A stretch of DNA of 64,000 nucleotides, from assembly GCF_964355755.1 (NCBI RefSeq), contig NC_092677.1, positions 16,204,101-16,268,100 on the forward strand. Direction: 5' to 3'. The notes below the pieces were generated by a model, which was not told the origin of the DNA, did no database searches, and saw only the letters and a program-made list of their open reading frames with translations. Positions 1 to 12,349 of this stretch are shown piece after piece. This stretch comes from Antedon mediterranea (Eukaryota > Animalia > Echinodermata). Each line of letters opens with the position of its first letter. Position 1 is the first letter of the stretch. The position numbers and the translations under genes are program-made.

Positions 1-1790
1 TTTATAACGTAATTATAGCCCTATAAATCATTCGGTTATATTGCATTTTGTATTTAAAAAAATTAAATTGTAGTAACAGTAACGTTTTAAAATGGCTTAA
101 AATGACAGCTAGACGGCATGGACCGGGGCAAGTGGTATTTTTCTGAAATGAATGGACCCTACTCGCCCCAACCCATGTATCGTTATCCCGGTCCATGCCG
201 TTTATAACGTAATTATAGCCCTATCATCCTGTTATATTGCATTTTTTATTTAAAAAAACGTTAAATTGTAGTAACGTTTTGAAATGGCGTAAAATGATAG
301 CTAGACGGCATGGACCGGGGCAAGTGGTATTTTTCTGAATTGACTGAACCCTACTTGCCCCAACCGATGTATCGTCATCCCGTTCCATGCCGTTTATAAC
401 GTAATTATAGCCCTATAAATCATTCGGTTATATTGCATTTTTTATATAAAAAAAACGTTAAATTGTAGTAACGTTTTAAAATGGCGTAAAATGATAGCTA
501 GACGGCATGGACCGGGGCAAGTGGTATTTTTCTGAATTGACTGGACCCTACTTGCCCCAACCCATGTATCGTCATCCCGGTCCATGCCGTTTATAACGTA
601 ATTATAGCCCTATACATCATACGTTTACATTGCATTTTTTATGAAAACCTTAAATTGTAGTAACGTTTTAAAATGGCGTAAAATGACAGCTAGACGGCAT
701 GGACCGGGGTAAGAGGTTTTTTCTGAAATGACTGGACCCTACTCGCCCCAACCCATGTATCGTCATCCCGGTCCATGCCGTTTATAACGTAATTATAGCC
801 CTATAAATTATACGTTTACATTGCATTTTTTATGAAAACCTTAAATTGTAGTAACGTTTTAAAATGGCGTATAATGACAGCTAGACGGCATGGACCGGGG
901 TAAGAGGTATTTTTCTGAAATAACTGGACCCTACTCGCCCCAACCCATGTATCGTCATCCCGGTCCATGCCGTTTATAACGTAATTATAGCCCTATATTT
1001 CATCCGGTTATATTGCAATTTTTATAAAAACGTGAAATTGTAGTAAGGTTTTAAAATGGCGTGAAATGGCAGCTAGACGGCATGGACCGGGGTAAGAGGT
1101 ATTTTTCTGAAATAACTGGACCCTACTAGCCCCAACCCATGTATCGTCAACCCGGTCCATGCCGTTTATAACGTATTTATAGCCCTATAAATCATTCGGT
1201 TATATTGCATTTTTTATTTTTAAAAATTAATTTGTAGGACCGGTAACGTTTTAAAATGGCGTCAAATGACAGCTAGACGGCATGGACCGGGGCAAGTGGT
1301 ATTTTTCTGAAATGACTGGACCCTACTCGCCCCAACCCATGTATCGTCATTCCGATCCATGCCGTTTATAACGTAATTATAGCCCTATATATCATTCTGT
1401 TATATTGAATTTTTTATTTAAAAAAACGTTAAATTGTAGTAACGTTTTAAAATGGCATAAAATGACAGCTAGACGGCATGGACCGAGGCAAGTGGTATTT
1501 TTCTGAAACGTCAGGACCCTACTAGCCCCAACCCATGTATCGTCATCCCGGTCCATGCCGTTTATCACGTAATTATAGCCCTATAAATCATCCGGTTATA
1601 TTGCATTTTTTATTTTTAAAAACGTTAAATTGTAGTAAGGTTTTAAAATGGCGTAAAATGACAGCTAGACGGCATGGACCGGGGCAAGTGGTATTTTTCT
1701 GAAACGACTGGACCCTACTAGCCCGAACCCATGTATCGTCATCCCGGTCCATGCCGTTTATAACGAAGTTATAGCCCTATAAATCATAGC
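1..1790. repeat. Tandem satellite, ~191-200 bp unit, at least 9 copies, truncated by the window start
   Basis: Unit starts (TTTATAACGTAATTATAGCC) at 1, 201, 393, 590, 781, 973, 1165, 1365, 1561 and 1757. Each unit carries the inverted repeat ACGGCATGGACCGGG...CCCGGTCCATGCCGT. Confidence 0.95.
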
Positions 1791-1970
1791 CCTAGTTAAT
1801 CTAAGCCGTAAGTATAAAATCATTTAATTAAAATATTACACATATTGCGCCCCATACATGTGAATGTGAATGTCGAATAAGGATCCAACTTCACAAAAAA
1901 AATTGAATATCGAATAAGGAATAAGTAACCAACTTCACGCCGGTTAGTTTGATAATATTTCTATATTTAA

Positions 1971-2652
1971 AGACACCTTCCCTACAATTTGTGACGTTTT
2001 GTAAAAATAATACTGTACATATATATTACTTTAAAAACATTAAACCAGGTCATTCCTTGTCTTAAATGTACGTTTTATGGTAAATTATGATAAAAAGTGA
2101 GAAACAATGCACTACCTAAGTAGCTCGCGGCGATTGAACTCTCGTGGACGGTCTTTAGGCCTAGCCTAGCTAGGCTTAGTTTTGTAGGCCTATTTGGTAC
2201 ACATCGTTAACGTACGAACATCGTACGCTAGCTATATACCTAGCCTGACGTCGTAACTATAGTTGCTGCATTAATTGTCTTTCTATTTTTGCCAGATTCC
2301 GTTGATACAAATTGGGAAAAACCCGGCATTTTCGCTGAAAAGTTAGGAGTCTTCCATTTGTTTTGGCCTCACGATCGATCGAAAAGTGGGTGAATTACAG
2401 AAGAAAAATATCAATCCGCACGCAATGCATTTTGGGATTTATAGCGGGCCGCTATAATTATTAAAATCGACTTATTTTTCACATTTTTAATCATTTAAAG
2501 ATGAAAAAAGTTATCGCAATAGAACCATATAGTATTATTTTTACATTAACTATAGTTTGTGACATGAGCAATGAATGTTGGAATGGCGCTATATAAATCG
2601 AACGATTGATTGATTGATTAAAGTAGATCTAAAAAGCGTAGGGAAGGTGTCT
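1971..2652. mobile_element. Non-autonomous DNA transposon, Kolobok-like
   Basis: Perfect 15-bp TIRs AGACACCTTCCCTAC (1971-1985) / GTAGGGAAGGTGTCT (2638-2652), with TTAA on both sides (1967-1970, 2653-2656). RR..YY termini with a TTAA TSD are the Kolobok signature. No ORF. Confidence 0.8.
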
Positions 2653-3314
2653 TTAACTTCTTTCTGGTAAAACAAGTAAATGTTAATGAAATTTAATATT
2701 GTATCCTATTAATAACATGTATTTTATACTAATTTTTATCATAAAAACAATACTTAATTTACCGGGTGTAGATTAGTTTGCAACAATGGCAAAGAATAGG
2801 CCGTGCTGAGTAACGGTTGGTTGATTTTTAGTGTTGCTGTTCGGCCTTTTTTGTGAACTAATTTAGCATAGTGGTAAATAATTTTCTGTAGAAGTGAATG
2901 TACATTAGTTTGTTATTAACTATGTTTTATAAAATGTTTTACAATTGCAAAATATATTATCATAATTCTATTTAATGTGACATGTATAATATCTATTAAT
3001 ATCAAGTCTTATTTAGTCTGTATACATCCGCCCATTATGAGGGCGGGCATCACTCTCTGTTACAAATTTGTCATGCAAAAATCGTGGAATACTCATTCTT
3101 GTGATATATATTCTTTGCTTACACCCACCATACAGTTAACGATTTGTATTAGGTACATTAATGCTTTATTATATAAATAAATATATGCATGATGACCTTT
3201 AGCCTAGGCCTACTACTAGCATATATGATCTATCTCATTAATTGTATTCATGCATGAATTAATAACCAAATAGCAAACAAATCAATTATTTATTTAATAA
3301 TACACTTTACACAG

Positions 3315-6300
3315 GAGGATGCATACAAGCCATATGGAGATGGACAGTACGGTGATGATCCATATGGAGACGGTGCGTATGGCGATGGTGCAAACTATGA
3401 CGATGATCCATATGATGGTCACAATCCTTACGACAATGGTGACACAGGAACAGACAAAGGGATGTACGGATTTGAGGATGAAAGGGAGGAGGAAGAGGCA
3501 GAAGAGGAGTTATTCAAACAAAAAGTTGAGAAAGATGACGAGACTATTCGCAGTGACTGTCTATCTGTTTTTGCAGCCACTGATTACATAATGGAACCTG
3601 GTGTATTTGAAAATCTTCGAAGGTATGCAGAGCTGTAGATTGGTGGTTAAATTCCAATTCTAGGGTTCAAAGGATCCTGACCAGTAATATAAATTAATTA
3701 ACTCTTTCTACTCCACTTATTAAGCCTCTTAATACGATTTATTAACGCATGACATACTGCAAACCCCTAAATATTCGCAATTTTACTAAATCCAATTATT
3801 TTGTGAACTTTTATTTTATGATTTAATTTTATTGTCCCTAAACAAGGAAGTAAAGTCGATCTGATACCACAAGAATGGAAGTCCTACACAAAACGAAACC
3901 TAACTAATTAACTTGTAACTAACTATTAATTTGTAAACAAGAATTTACTCTTATATTTTATATAATAATTGTGGTAATGCGCTGTATTTTTGTAGAGCAA
4001 TACATAAATTCATAAATATTTTTTTCTAGATATTTCCAAGCTGGTGGCACACCTGAACAAGTTGTTATCCTCCTATCTGAGCATTACACAGCTGTGGCAC
4101 AGACAGTCAACCTGTTTGCCGAGTGGCTTATATCAACAGGTGTCAATCCCACTGAGGTACAGCAGATGGTTGAAGATCACCTCAAGAGCCTCATAATAAA
4201 ACATTTCGACCCAAAGAAAGCTGATAAGATTTTCAGTGATGAAGGAGGTGTAAGTTAAAATGAAGAATCTTTCAAAAGTATATTATACCCCTTTCACACC
4301 AAAAGCAAAACTCCGGAGACACCCCGGAGTTGACGCCCCGCTGTTTGGTGTGAAAGGTAAAATCAAGCAACTCCGGAGTTTAAAACTGCGAGGTTGAACA
4401 GCTGAACGTTCTCCGGAGAGCGAACTGCGGGGACACCCCGGTGTTTTGGTGTGAAAGGTACCAACATCAAACTCCGGAGTGTTTCGGGTCAAAAGGTCAT
4501 CCTCACACGATCACTCATTGCTTTAGTTTTATTTAAAAATACTTTAAATATTTGTACAAAATATATAGCGGGTTTAAAAAATAATAAGTAGTATCAATAA
4601 AATATTATATTACTTCTGAGACTTTTGAAAGTAATTATTAAATTAAAAATATTGTTAATTAAAATTATTCTAATGATCGTTGCGATGTAAACAAACAAAA
4701 TAGAGGGCGACATTTACAATTTTATTTTATAAACCCCGGTGTTGCTAGGTTGGTGTGGAAGGGGTATCTCCGGAGTTTCTCGACGTTTTGAATGGTCATA
4801 AACCCTGGGGTGTCTCCGGAGACACTCCGGAGTTTTGGTGTGAAAGGGGTATTAGAAAGATCAAGCAATGAACTTTAGTGATTGTGTCAACTACGTTTCT
4901 TTACTACAGTTAATGTATAATTATGGTTTGTTTCATTGAATTATTTTACATGGACCTTTAGATACTGATGCCAGAGATGTTTTTGTAAAGCTTGGTTCCC
5001 ACTAGCGATTAAATTGCACTCTGTAAAATCAAATCTGCAATGTTTGCAGCACTGTTGCGTCGTCGGTTCCTACTTTGTGCATTACGTTGCTGTATTCTAG
5101 TGGGAACCACACTTTGCACCCTCTATTTTTGGATGTATTTTGTAATATTTTATTCACATTTATTTTGACAGACACCGTCTTGGCTAGAAGGCATGATTCA
5201 GCATCGTACATGGCGACAACTCTTCTACAAACTCGCTGGAGAGCATCCTGATTGCCTTATGTTAAACTTCACAATCAAGGTATTTATTTTTTCTGTCTAC
5301 TGTTGTTATTAACAAGCCAGTGCTACAAGTATTCATTGTTTGTTGTTATAATCCTCAGTTGTATTTTCCTCACAATTTTTTTGTTAACTTATTAATACAA
5401 CTCCACAGCTCAAAAACCTAAATCCTGATCCTAACTCTCACTGTATCTCCTCCACACACTAAATAAATAAATGCATCGAGCAAAGACACATATTGTATCA
5501 AACAAGGTCTTTCGCACCTGTTGCGACGTCAATGTTTTTCGTTTTTCACGTGTCTACGCATTGCCGCATAGCCATGTGTAGCATTGTGAAAATGAAACAT
5601 TGACGTTCGATTTGATTTGCCGGATCAGGTGTGAAAGACCCTTTATAGTGCAGCTTTAGCTTTATTGGAATGTGCTTTCCCTCCAATAACAAGGTCTAGC
5701 ATTGTTGGATGCGTAAAAATACCTTTTATTTAAATGAATAATTTATTTTTAAAAAAATATTCACCAATTTTATCAGCTATTTTTCTTTATATTGTACTCT
5801 TATAGCTTATTACTGATCTTGGATATCAAGGAGAAATTGGCAATGTTTCAACAGCCTGCCATCAGATAGAGGTGTTCTCAAAAGTGCTTCAGACCTCCAT
5901 TGGTAAACTCCTTGAAGGTGGTGAAGAGGCTCTTCATATTCATCTTCCAGAATTTAGTGTAAGTAACATTCGATAGCGAGTGCTTAACTCTCCAGGATGG
6001 TAACCAGTAGTATATTCATGAAATTGTCCTAATAAAAAGTAGCACTAGTAATAAATATTATGAAAAACATTTAGCATTCAGGGAAAACAGTTTTACTGAT
6101 AACATGATAAGATAAAAATAATTCAAGATTTTTAGTGGGTTAGCTGAGTGCGTAATATATATATATATACTTGCACTGATGAAGGGCTAGTGTTGCCCGA
6201 AAGCTCTGCTAACCTTTCTGGCTGTTTACTTTATCGTTTTGATTTAGCTTTTCGCTTTTTATTTTTGTATCTCCATTGAGATCCAGCCACTGATACCCAC

Positions 6301-9300
6301 AGCATTGTCATTTTTTTCAGTAATTTACCTTTGGATTTATATATATATATACATATATATAAATCAAAGAGCTGCATAGGCAGGATATAGAAAAAAATCA
6401 AGATCAAATAAGTTAAAACTGCCTCAATATAGGTTTATTTTTACGACATGTTTCGGGCATAGCCCATCATCAGGTGAAGAGAATTGTAACAAAGGATATA
6501 TGTACTTAAGAAGCCCTATAAATCTGTTTGTGAAAATTTCAATTCAATCAAAATTGAACATACATGTGACCGAGCTTCAATGCCATCAAATTTGAAAAGA
6601 ACAATGATTAAAATTAAAAAGTCAAGCGGTGTTTTTTTGTAAGAAAAGTTACTTGTTTATTTCTATTCAGATTTGTTGCCCCAAACAACTAATGTTCAAT
6701 CTAAATATGTAATCATTTATACTCCTGTTTATTTCTTCTAGAAAATGGTGTGCCATGGAGAACACACATACCTGTACGCTCAAGCCATGATGCACTTGCT
6801 GTCATCGGAGAGGGACGGGTCAGTTATTAGGAGAGTTTGTCAAGAAGTGCAAAAGAGTGCCATGAAAAGGTTTGTAACAGATAAAAGAAAAGTTTATTTA
6901 AAATTGAAATTTATTTCTCTTTGTTGCAGGAAGCATAGAAAATTGAAATGAACATTTTTTTTCAATATTGGACAATTATTTTAAGGGCATCAAATTGCAA
7001 TAGAACACTATAAGTAAACACCTTTGGCAACCCCCACAAAGTGTACCCTTAATATGTGGTGTTCCTGAGTAATGGTTGGCCATAAAGTTACATTTATTGT
7101 CCCTTGTTCGTTTCTTCAAAACGTGTTCCTTGCAAGAGCTGTCTGAAAGGAGGAGTTCCAGTGTAACACAATTCGAGAACAATTTCTGTATATAAATAGC
7201 AAAATTATTCTGAATCTGCTCCTAAGTTCACAATTCATCAAATAATAAAATATTTTGTTTTACAGTCGTGGTAATGGAGTAGTTCAAATTGGAGTTGCTT
7301 TAAGTAGTGCTGCCAAATATCCAAGAGCTTGCCAGGCACTTGCTTCAATGTTGGCTAGAAACGCCCTCAACCCTGCAGATGTTCATGTGGTGAGTAAATA
7401 AAAACAAACTGATCCTCTGCTATACTATTGTAGGAAAATTTCTGAAAGTTAAATTTTGTGTAATCCACGGGTTTTCAGTTTTACATTTATAGACTTCAAT
7501 CATAAAAGAGCCTATTGTGATTTTTTGATTTTTTAATTACCTGAACTAATAATTAAGAGAAAGGCTTCTCCATCAAATTAACTTTTACTTTTTTAAGTAT
7601 TAACAATTAATGATAGATTACAATTGGTATTATTATTCTAGCTATATGAAATGTACACTAAGGAAGATCCACCACCAGTTGACCTTCTACGAATGCCACA
7701 ATTGCTGGAGCTATTCATGCACACGCTATTCAGACCAAAAGCTAACATCAAACCTGAACATCGTGGCAATTACATCTACCTACTTGCTCACTCGGCATGT
7801 GTGCATGAGACGTGGAAGATGGTAAGTTCAAAGCTTTGTCTGCACTATCAAACTTTATGTGATGTGCCCATATATGGAAACGATGACATCATATCACTAC
7901 CATATTTGGGCACATCACATTTTTTCTGTCAAACTAGTTTGATAGTATAGACAGGACTTAATTGGGTCTAAAGAAGAAAAAAACAAATCAAATCAAATCT
8001 TTTTTCTCCCCATTGATCAACATTTTGACTACCCTAAAAAGCTAATTTAGAAATAACCTATTTTGATATTTTTGGAATTTGAATATCAATTTTTTTTTTA
8101 AATCAACACTGTATATGATTCTTATTTTCACGTCAAATACCCCCATTAATTATTTGGATTCAAGCCACAATATTTAGTGAAACATTCATTAAGCCGCACC
8201 CATGTTTCTGATATCTAATATTAATCATTTTTCTTTTCAATGTAAGAATGAAACAAACTTAACCTAACCATTTTTCTCTGATTTACAGGGAGACCGTGTC
8301 AACATAAGCAAGGATGAGTTAAAACAAACATCACAGGCAATAGAAAAAATACACACTATATGCAGTAGTGATAAGCCTGCTTCAGAGCTTATAGCGGAAC
8401 TTACTGCTATATACCAGTGTATTAGGTAAATTGGCAACTAGCTCCAAAAAAATTAACATCCTTTAGAACATGTTCCTACTCCTAACAAATAATCTGCTTT
8501 AAGAGGTTAGAGCAGAACTTTCCATCTACCTGTATATTTGATAGGTTGGCATCTAGTACCAGCCCTTATTAAAACCTTGCCCCCTCATATGCAGTGAAAC
8601 GAGATTTCTTGACATATTCTTATAATATTAGTATGTAATGTATAACACAGTCACCACAAACAATAGCCATTAAACCACATAGGCCAAGGCTCCATATTTC
8701 TGGTGGTAGAACAAGTCTTCTCAAATAAAGACTTAAAACCGGAGGTCCAGTGTAAACATCTGGCTTGCGTGTACTTTAAGGAACTAAGTGCATCTTTCTA
8801 AAGTGTAGGGCTTCAGTATACTAGTCTCAGAAAGACATTTGTTTTTATGTGCTTTGTAATAATATATTACATTTTCTATTTTTAGGTATCCTGTAGTTTC
8901 TATGGGTATTCTTTACTGGGTAGACAAGACAGTTTCAGATCCAAGCTACTTTGAACGCATGACCGACCACACTCCTTTACACTTGATTCTTATGGACGAA
9001 ATTATTAATTTGCATAATTTAATTCATGATACTGCATTGAAGTTACTCATACGTCTGCTAGAAGATCCTTATCCTCAGCTTGATGTCCTTGTGCAGGTAA
9101 TACGGAGCTGTCGATTTGAAATGCCCTATGACCTTCATATATTATATTGTTGGTTGTCGATTTTGACTTCACAGTTAATTCTAGCAAATATTAAATACAT
9201 GCATTATGTTTACTTTGGGAGATCGCTGACATTAAATTTTCCATTTTTGGTAATGCCAACTATGAGTAGTTGTATGTTAAAGATGTATTGTCCCCCAAAA

Positions 9301-10503
9301 TCATGAAAAATAAAGATTTTTAAAATCGGACTTTGAATAGGCCATTTTGCAGTTTTAAATAAGAAAAAAAACGGAGGAAAAAAATTATTTCACCTATAAA
9401 AAGACAAAATAAACAGTTAAATTACCCAAAAACTCATTGTCTTCCAGACAATTTGACCATTTTTTGCTTTAAATTACATTTTTCTCAGGTAAATACATTT
9501 TTTTCAGACCCAATTTTTTGTGAGAGTGAATAACTATTATGTGACATTAAAATAACATATTCAACAACAAAATTTAAAAAAATATTTTTTTAGGGGGACA
9601 ATACAGTATATCTTTAAAGCAGGCCTAACTATTGTTTGAGGTTCGCACATTTCTTTATGGAAATCCAAATCCAACAAATCTGTTGTTTTGCCCCAGCTGA
9701 CCAAAATCCATAACATAGTTATCTGATATTTTATTATTATATTAACAGATGGAACTGAAAAAGACAGTATTGGACAGGATGGTGCATTTGCTAAGCAAGG
9801 GCTGTGTAGTGCCTGTTGTTAACCATATCAAGAAATGTGTTGATAAACAGAACTTAGATATGTCTCTTATAAGGCATTTTGTTACTGAGGTATGAATGCT
9901 GAAATTATGGACTGAAAGTCTGAAATTAATTAATGATAAATGAATGAATCGTATATATTAAGTATATTTCATTAACATGCATTAATATTAGACAGACTAT
10001 TGACTGAATATTCTACTGAATGTTACTGACTTATGGAGGACTAATATAGAAGTTCAAAATATCTTTGTTAGGTTCTGGATATGATAGCTCCCCCTTACAC
10101 CTCCGAGTTTGTCCAAATCTTTCTACCAATCATAGAAAACAACGACATTACTGGTACATTACGGAGTGAAGACGGGAAAGATCCTGTCTCTGATTTTATA
10201 GGTAGGTAGCTAAATATTCAAATGTATATATGTGTAAACAATTTTAGGAAATAAATAGGATTCAATATCAAAACTATAGGTGACATATTTCATAGCAACT
10301 AGCTTCATACAGGCATGCTTAGGAGTATATTGCCAGAACTTGCTTCTGAGAGAAGGACCTTACTTTATGTTATTGACATGTTCTTATTTTTATTTAAGCT
10401 TGATATATTCTACCATGTTAATGAAACAGAATTTTAGTACAGTACCATTTTTTCTCTTTTAGTATATTGTAAAACTAATTATTCAAATGCAGCAACAACG
10501 TGA
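3315..10503 (+). CDS. NELFCD: Negative elongation factor complex member C/D (TH1-like), multi-exon; initiator exon not resolved
   Basis: GT-AG exons with consistent phases: 3315-3622, 4030-4249, 5172-5279, 5806-5958, 6742-6869, 7266-7389, 7642-7821, 8289-8425, 8886-9096, 9749-9889, 10072-10201, 10463-10503 (TGA). The translation matches NELF-C/D motifs [94 protein letters not shown] and [15 protein letters not shown]. Confidence 0.96.
4286..4851. mobile_element. PIF/Harbinger-like MITE in a NELFCD intron
   Basis: TIRs TACCCCTTTCACACCAAAA / TTTTGGTGTGAAAGGGGTA, TTA TSD at 4283-4285 and 4852-4854, and many subterminal CTCCGGAG palindromes. Confidence 0.85.
4989..5113. mobile_element. Short degenerate MITE (Harbinger-like termini)
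   Basis: Inverted repeats TGGTTCCCACTAG (4993-5005) / CTAGTGGGAACCA (5097-5109). Confidence 0.55.
5505..5642. mobile_element. Short palindromic MITE
   Basis: GGTCTTTCGCACCTG (5506-5520) / CAGGTGTGAAAGACC (5626-5640), plus an inner inverted pair ACGTCAATGTTT / AAACATTGACGT. Confidence 0.65.
6173..6209 (+). ncRNA. Minimal type I hammerhead ribozyme in a probable Penelope-like pLTR remnant (~6170-6338, between TA microsatellites)
   Basis: GCA-CTGATGA-A-GGGC(TAGTGTT)GCCC-GAAA-GC-TC/TGC: intact catalytic core, 4-bp stem II, 3-bp stem I and palindromic AGCT stem III. Confidence 0.7.
6441..6477 (-). ncRNA. Minimal type I hammerhead ribozyme, Penelope-like pLTR remnant
   Basis: The minus strand reads TCAC-CTGATGA-T-GGGC(TAT)GCCC-GAAA-CATG-TC/GTAA, immediately followed by AATAAA. 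Stem III is the palindrome ACATGT. Confidence 0.7.
7832..7958. mobile_element. Harbinger-like palindromic MITE (same family as 62488-62603)
   Basis: AGCTTTGTCTGCACTATCAAACT ... AGTTTGATAGTATAGACAG, with inner arms TGTGATGTGCCC / GGGCACATCACA. Inserted about 10 nt after a splice donor. Confidence 0.75.
8686..8812 (+). mobile_element. SINE fragment (Deu/Nin central domain)
   Basis: TCTGGTGGTAGAACAAGTCTTCTCAAATAAAGACTTAAAACCGGAGGTCCAGTGTAAACATCT is collinear with the fuller copy at 42745-43092. Confidence 0.75.
9281..9613. mobile_element. Kolobok-like MITE, copy 1
   Basis: TTAA-AGATGTATTGTCCCCC ... GGGGGACAATA(CAGTA)TATCT-TTAA. Near-identical to 20052-20395. Confidence 0.88.
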
Positions 10504-10539
10504 GAACAACTATATCCAGTTATTGGAAATGATATATTA

Positions 10540-11580
10540 TATCCGGCTAAGGTTAGTCCAACTATCATTTATTCAGCTGAGATGGTTGATCAAACTATGT
10601 TAACTTATGTTAACTGCCATTAATCCAGCTGAGGTGGTTGATCTTACTGCCATTAATCCAGCTGAGGTGGTCGATCTAACTGCCAGTATGATCGGTCTAG
10701 CTAAAATTAATCCAACTGAGGTGATCGGTCTAGCTACCATTAATCCACAGTGGTGGCCGAACTATCAATAATCTAGTTAAGGTTGTTGATCCAACTATCA
10801 TTAATCCAGCTGAGGTTGTTGATCCAACTATCATTAATCCAGCTTAGATGGCTGATCCAACTATCATTAATCCATTTGAGGTGGTTGATCCGACTATCAG
10901 TAATCCAGTTGAGGTGATTGATCCAACTATCATTAATCCAGCTCAGGTGGCTGATCCAACTATCATTAATCCAGTTGAGGTGATTGATTCAACTATCATT
11001 AATCCAGCTTAGGTTGTTGATCCACCTACATTAATCCAGCTTAGGTGGCTGATCCAACTATCATTAATCCAGCTGAGGTTGTTGATCCAACTATCATTAA
11101 TCTAGCTTAGATGGCTGATCCAACTATCATTAATCCATTTGAGGTGGTTGATCCGACTATCAGTAATCCAGTTGAGGTGATTGATCCAACTATCATTAAT
11201 CCAGCTCAGGTGGCTGATCCAACTATCATTAATCCAGTTGAGGTGGTTGATTCAACTATCATTAATCCAGCTTAGGTTGTTGATCCAGCTACATTAATCC
11301 AGCTTAGGTGGCTGATCCAACTATCATTAATCCAGTTGAGGTGATTGATTCAACTATCATTAATGTAGCTTAGGTTGTTGATCCAACTACATTAATCCAT
11401 CTTAGGTGGCTGATCCAACTATTATTAATCAAGCTTAGGTTGATCTATCCCAACCAACTGTCATTATACTTGCTGACTTGGTTGATCTCCCATTTTAGGT
11501 TGATCCACATATTGTTAATCTACCTAAGGTTGGTCCAACTATCATTAACTATTGTAACCAAGATGAGGTTAATCCAGTTA
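10540..11580. repeat. 33-bp minisatellite directly after the NELFCD stop (probable 3' UTR)
   Basis: Unit GATCCAACTATCATTAATCCAGCTGAGGTKGTT, about 30 copies with degenerate edges. An 8-unit block (~263 bp) starting near 10811 recurs near 11074. Confidence 0.93.
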
Positions 11581-12349
11581 TTAAGTTAATTTTGATTCAA
11601 CATAGGATGCAGACTTCAAGCCAATATAGACTATAAATTGCATACACAATGGTAGTAACTAAGTGGTTGGGTGTGCCTGTTGGTTTGTTCATTCCCGTCA
11701 GTTTGAAGCAATCAAATACAAGGATTCAGCTCTACTCATTGTTACTACTTTCACAAAGGTCCAGATATAAGTCAACACAGAAGTTTTTTCAACCTGATTA
11801 TACATTCATAGTACTGGGAAAATCTGATAAAATATTGTTTTAAAAGGTTATAGGTGTTGTGTGAATAATAAAGAAACTGAATCACCTGTTGACAGAATTA
11901 AGTGATACTAGTTTTTAATGTATAATAGTGCCTATTTACAAAAAGAGGATAAGATTTGTATGTATACATACTTAACAATATGTAAGATAATTAAACCGCT
12001 GTAATATGTTTTATTTGTGCACTAAATATTTCTATGTGTTGTTCTTGTGGGTTATATCACACTGATTTATCAAAGGTAAAGAATTTACATGATATTTGGA
12101 AAAATTCATATATTCACTGTACAAGGAACTCAACAGAAAATGAAATGACTGGTGATTGTTAACTTTATGCATGGTGAAGAAATCGTCAACAAAATGACCA
12201 CACTTTGCTATGATTACAGGCAAATGGAAACTAGTGTTATAAAGCATAAAGCTAGTCAACAAAAGAGTACAGTATGCTACAAACATCCACCATCACCCAG
12301 TGATCTTAAAATGAAATGATGCAAAAATGCTGTGAAGGTGTGCTCATAC

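Noticed and set aside
2786-2809. ATG in good context (CAACAATGG) as the NELFCD start
   Set aside because: It stops after 7 codons and has no phase-0 GT donor. It would need a weak GC donor directly after the ATG, so it is unsupported without transcripts.
3319-3591. 90-aa [13 protein letters not shown]...
   Set aside because: It is an alternative frame over the real NELFCD exon.
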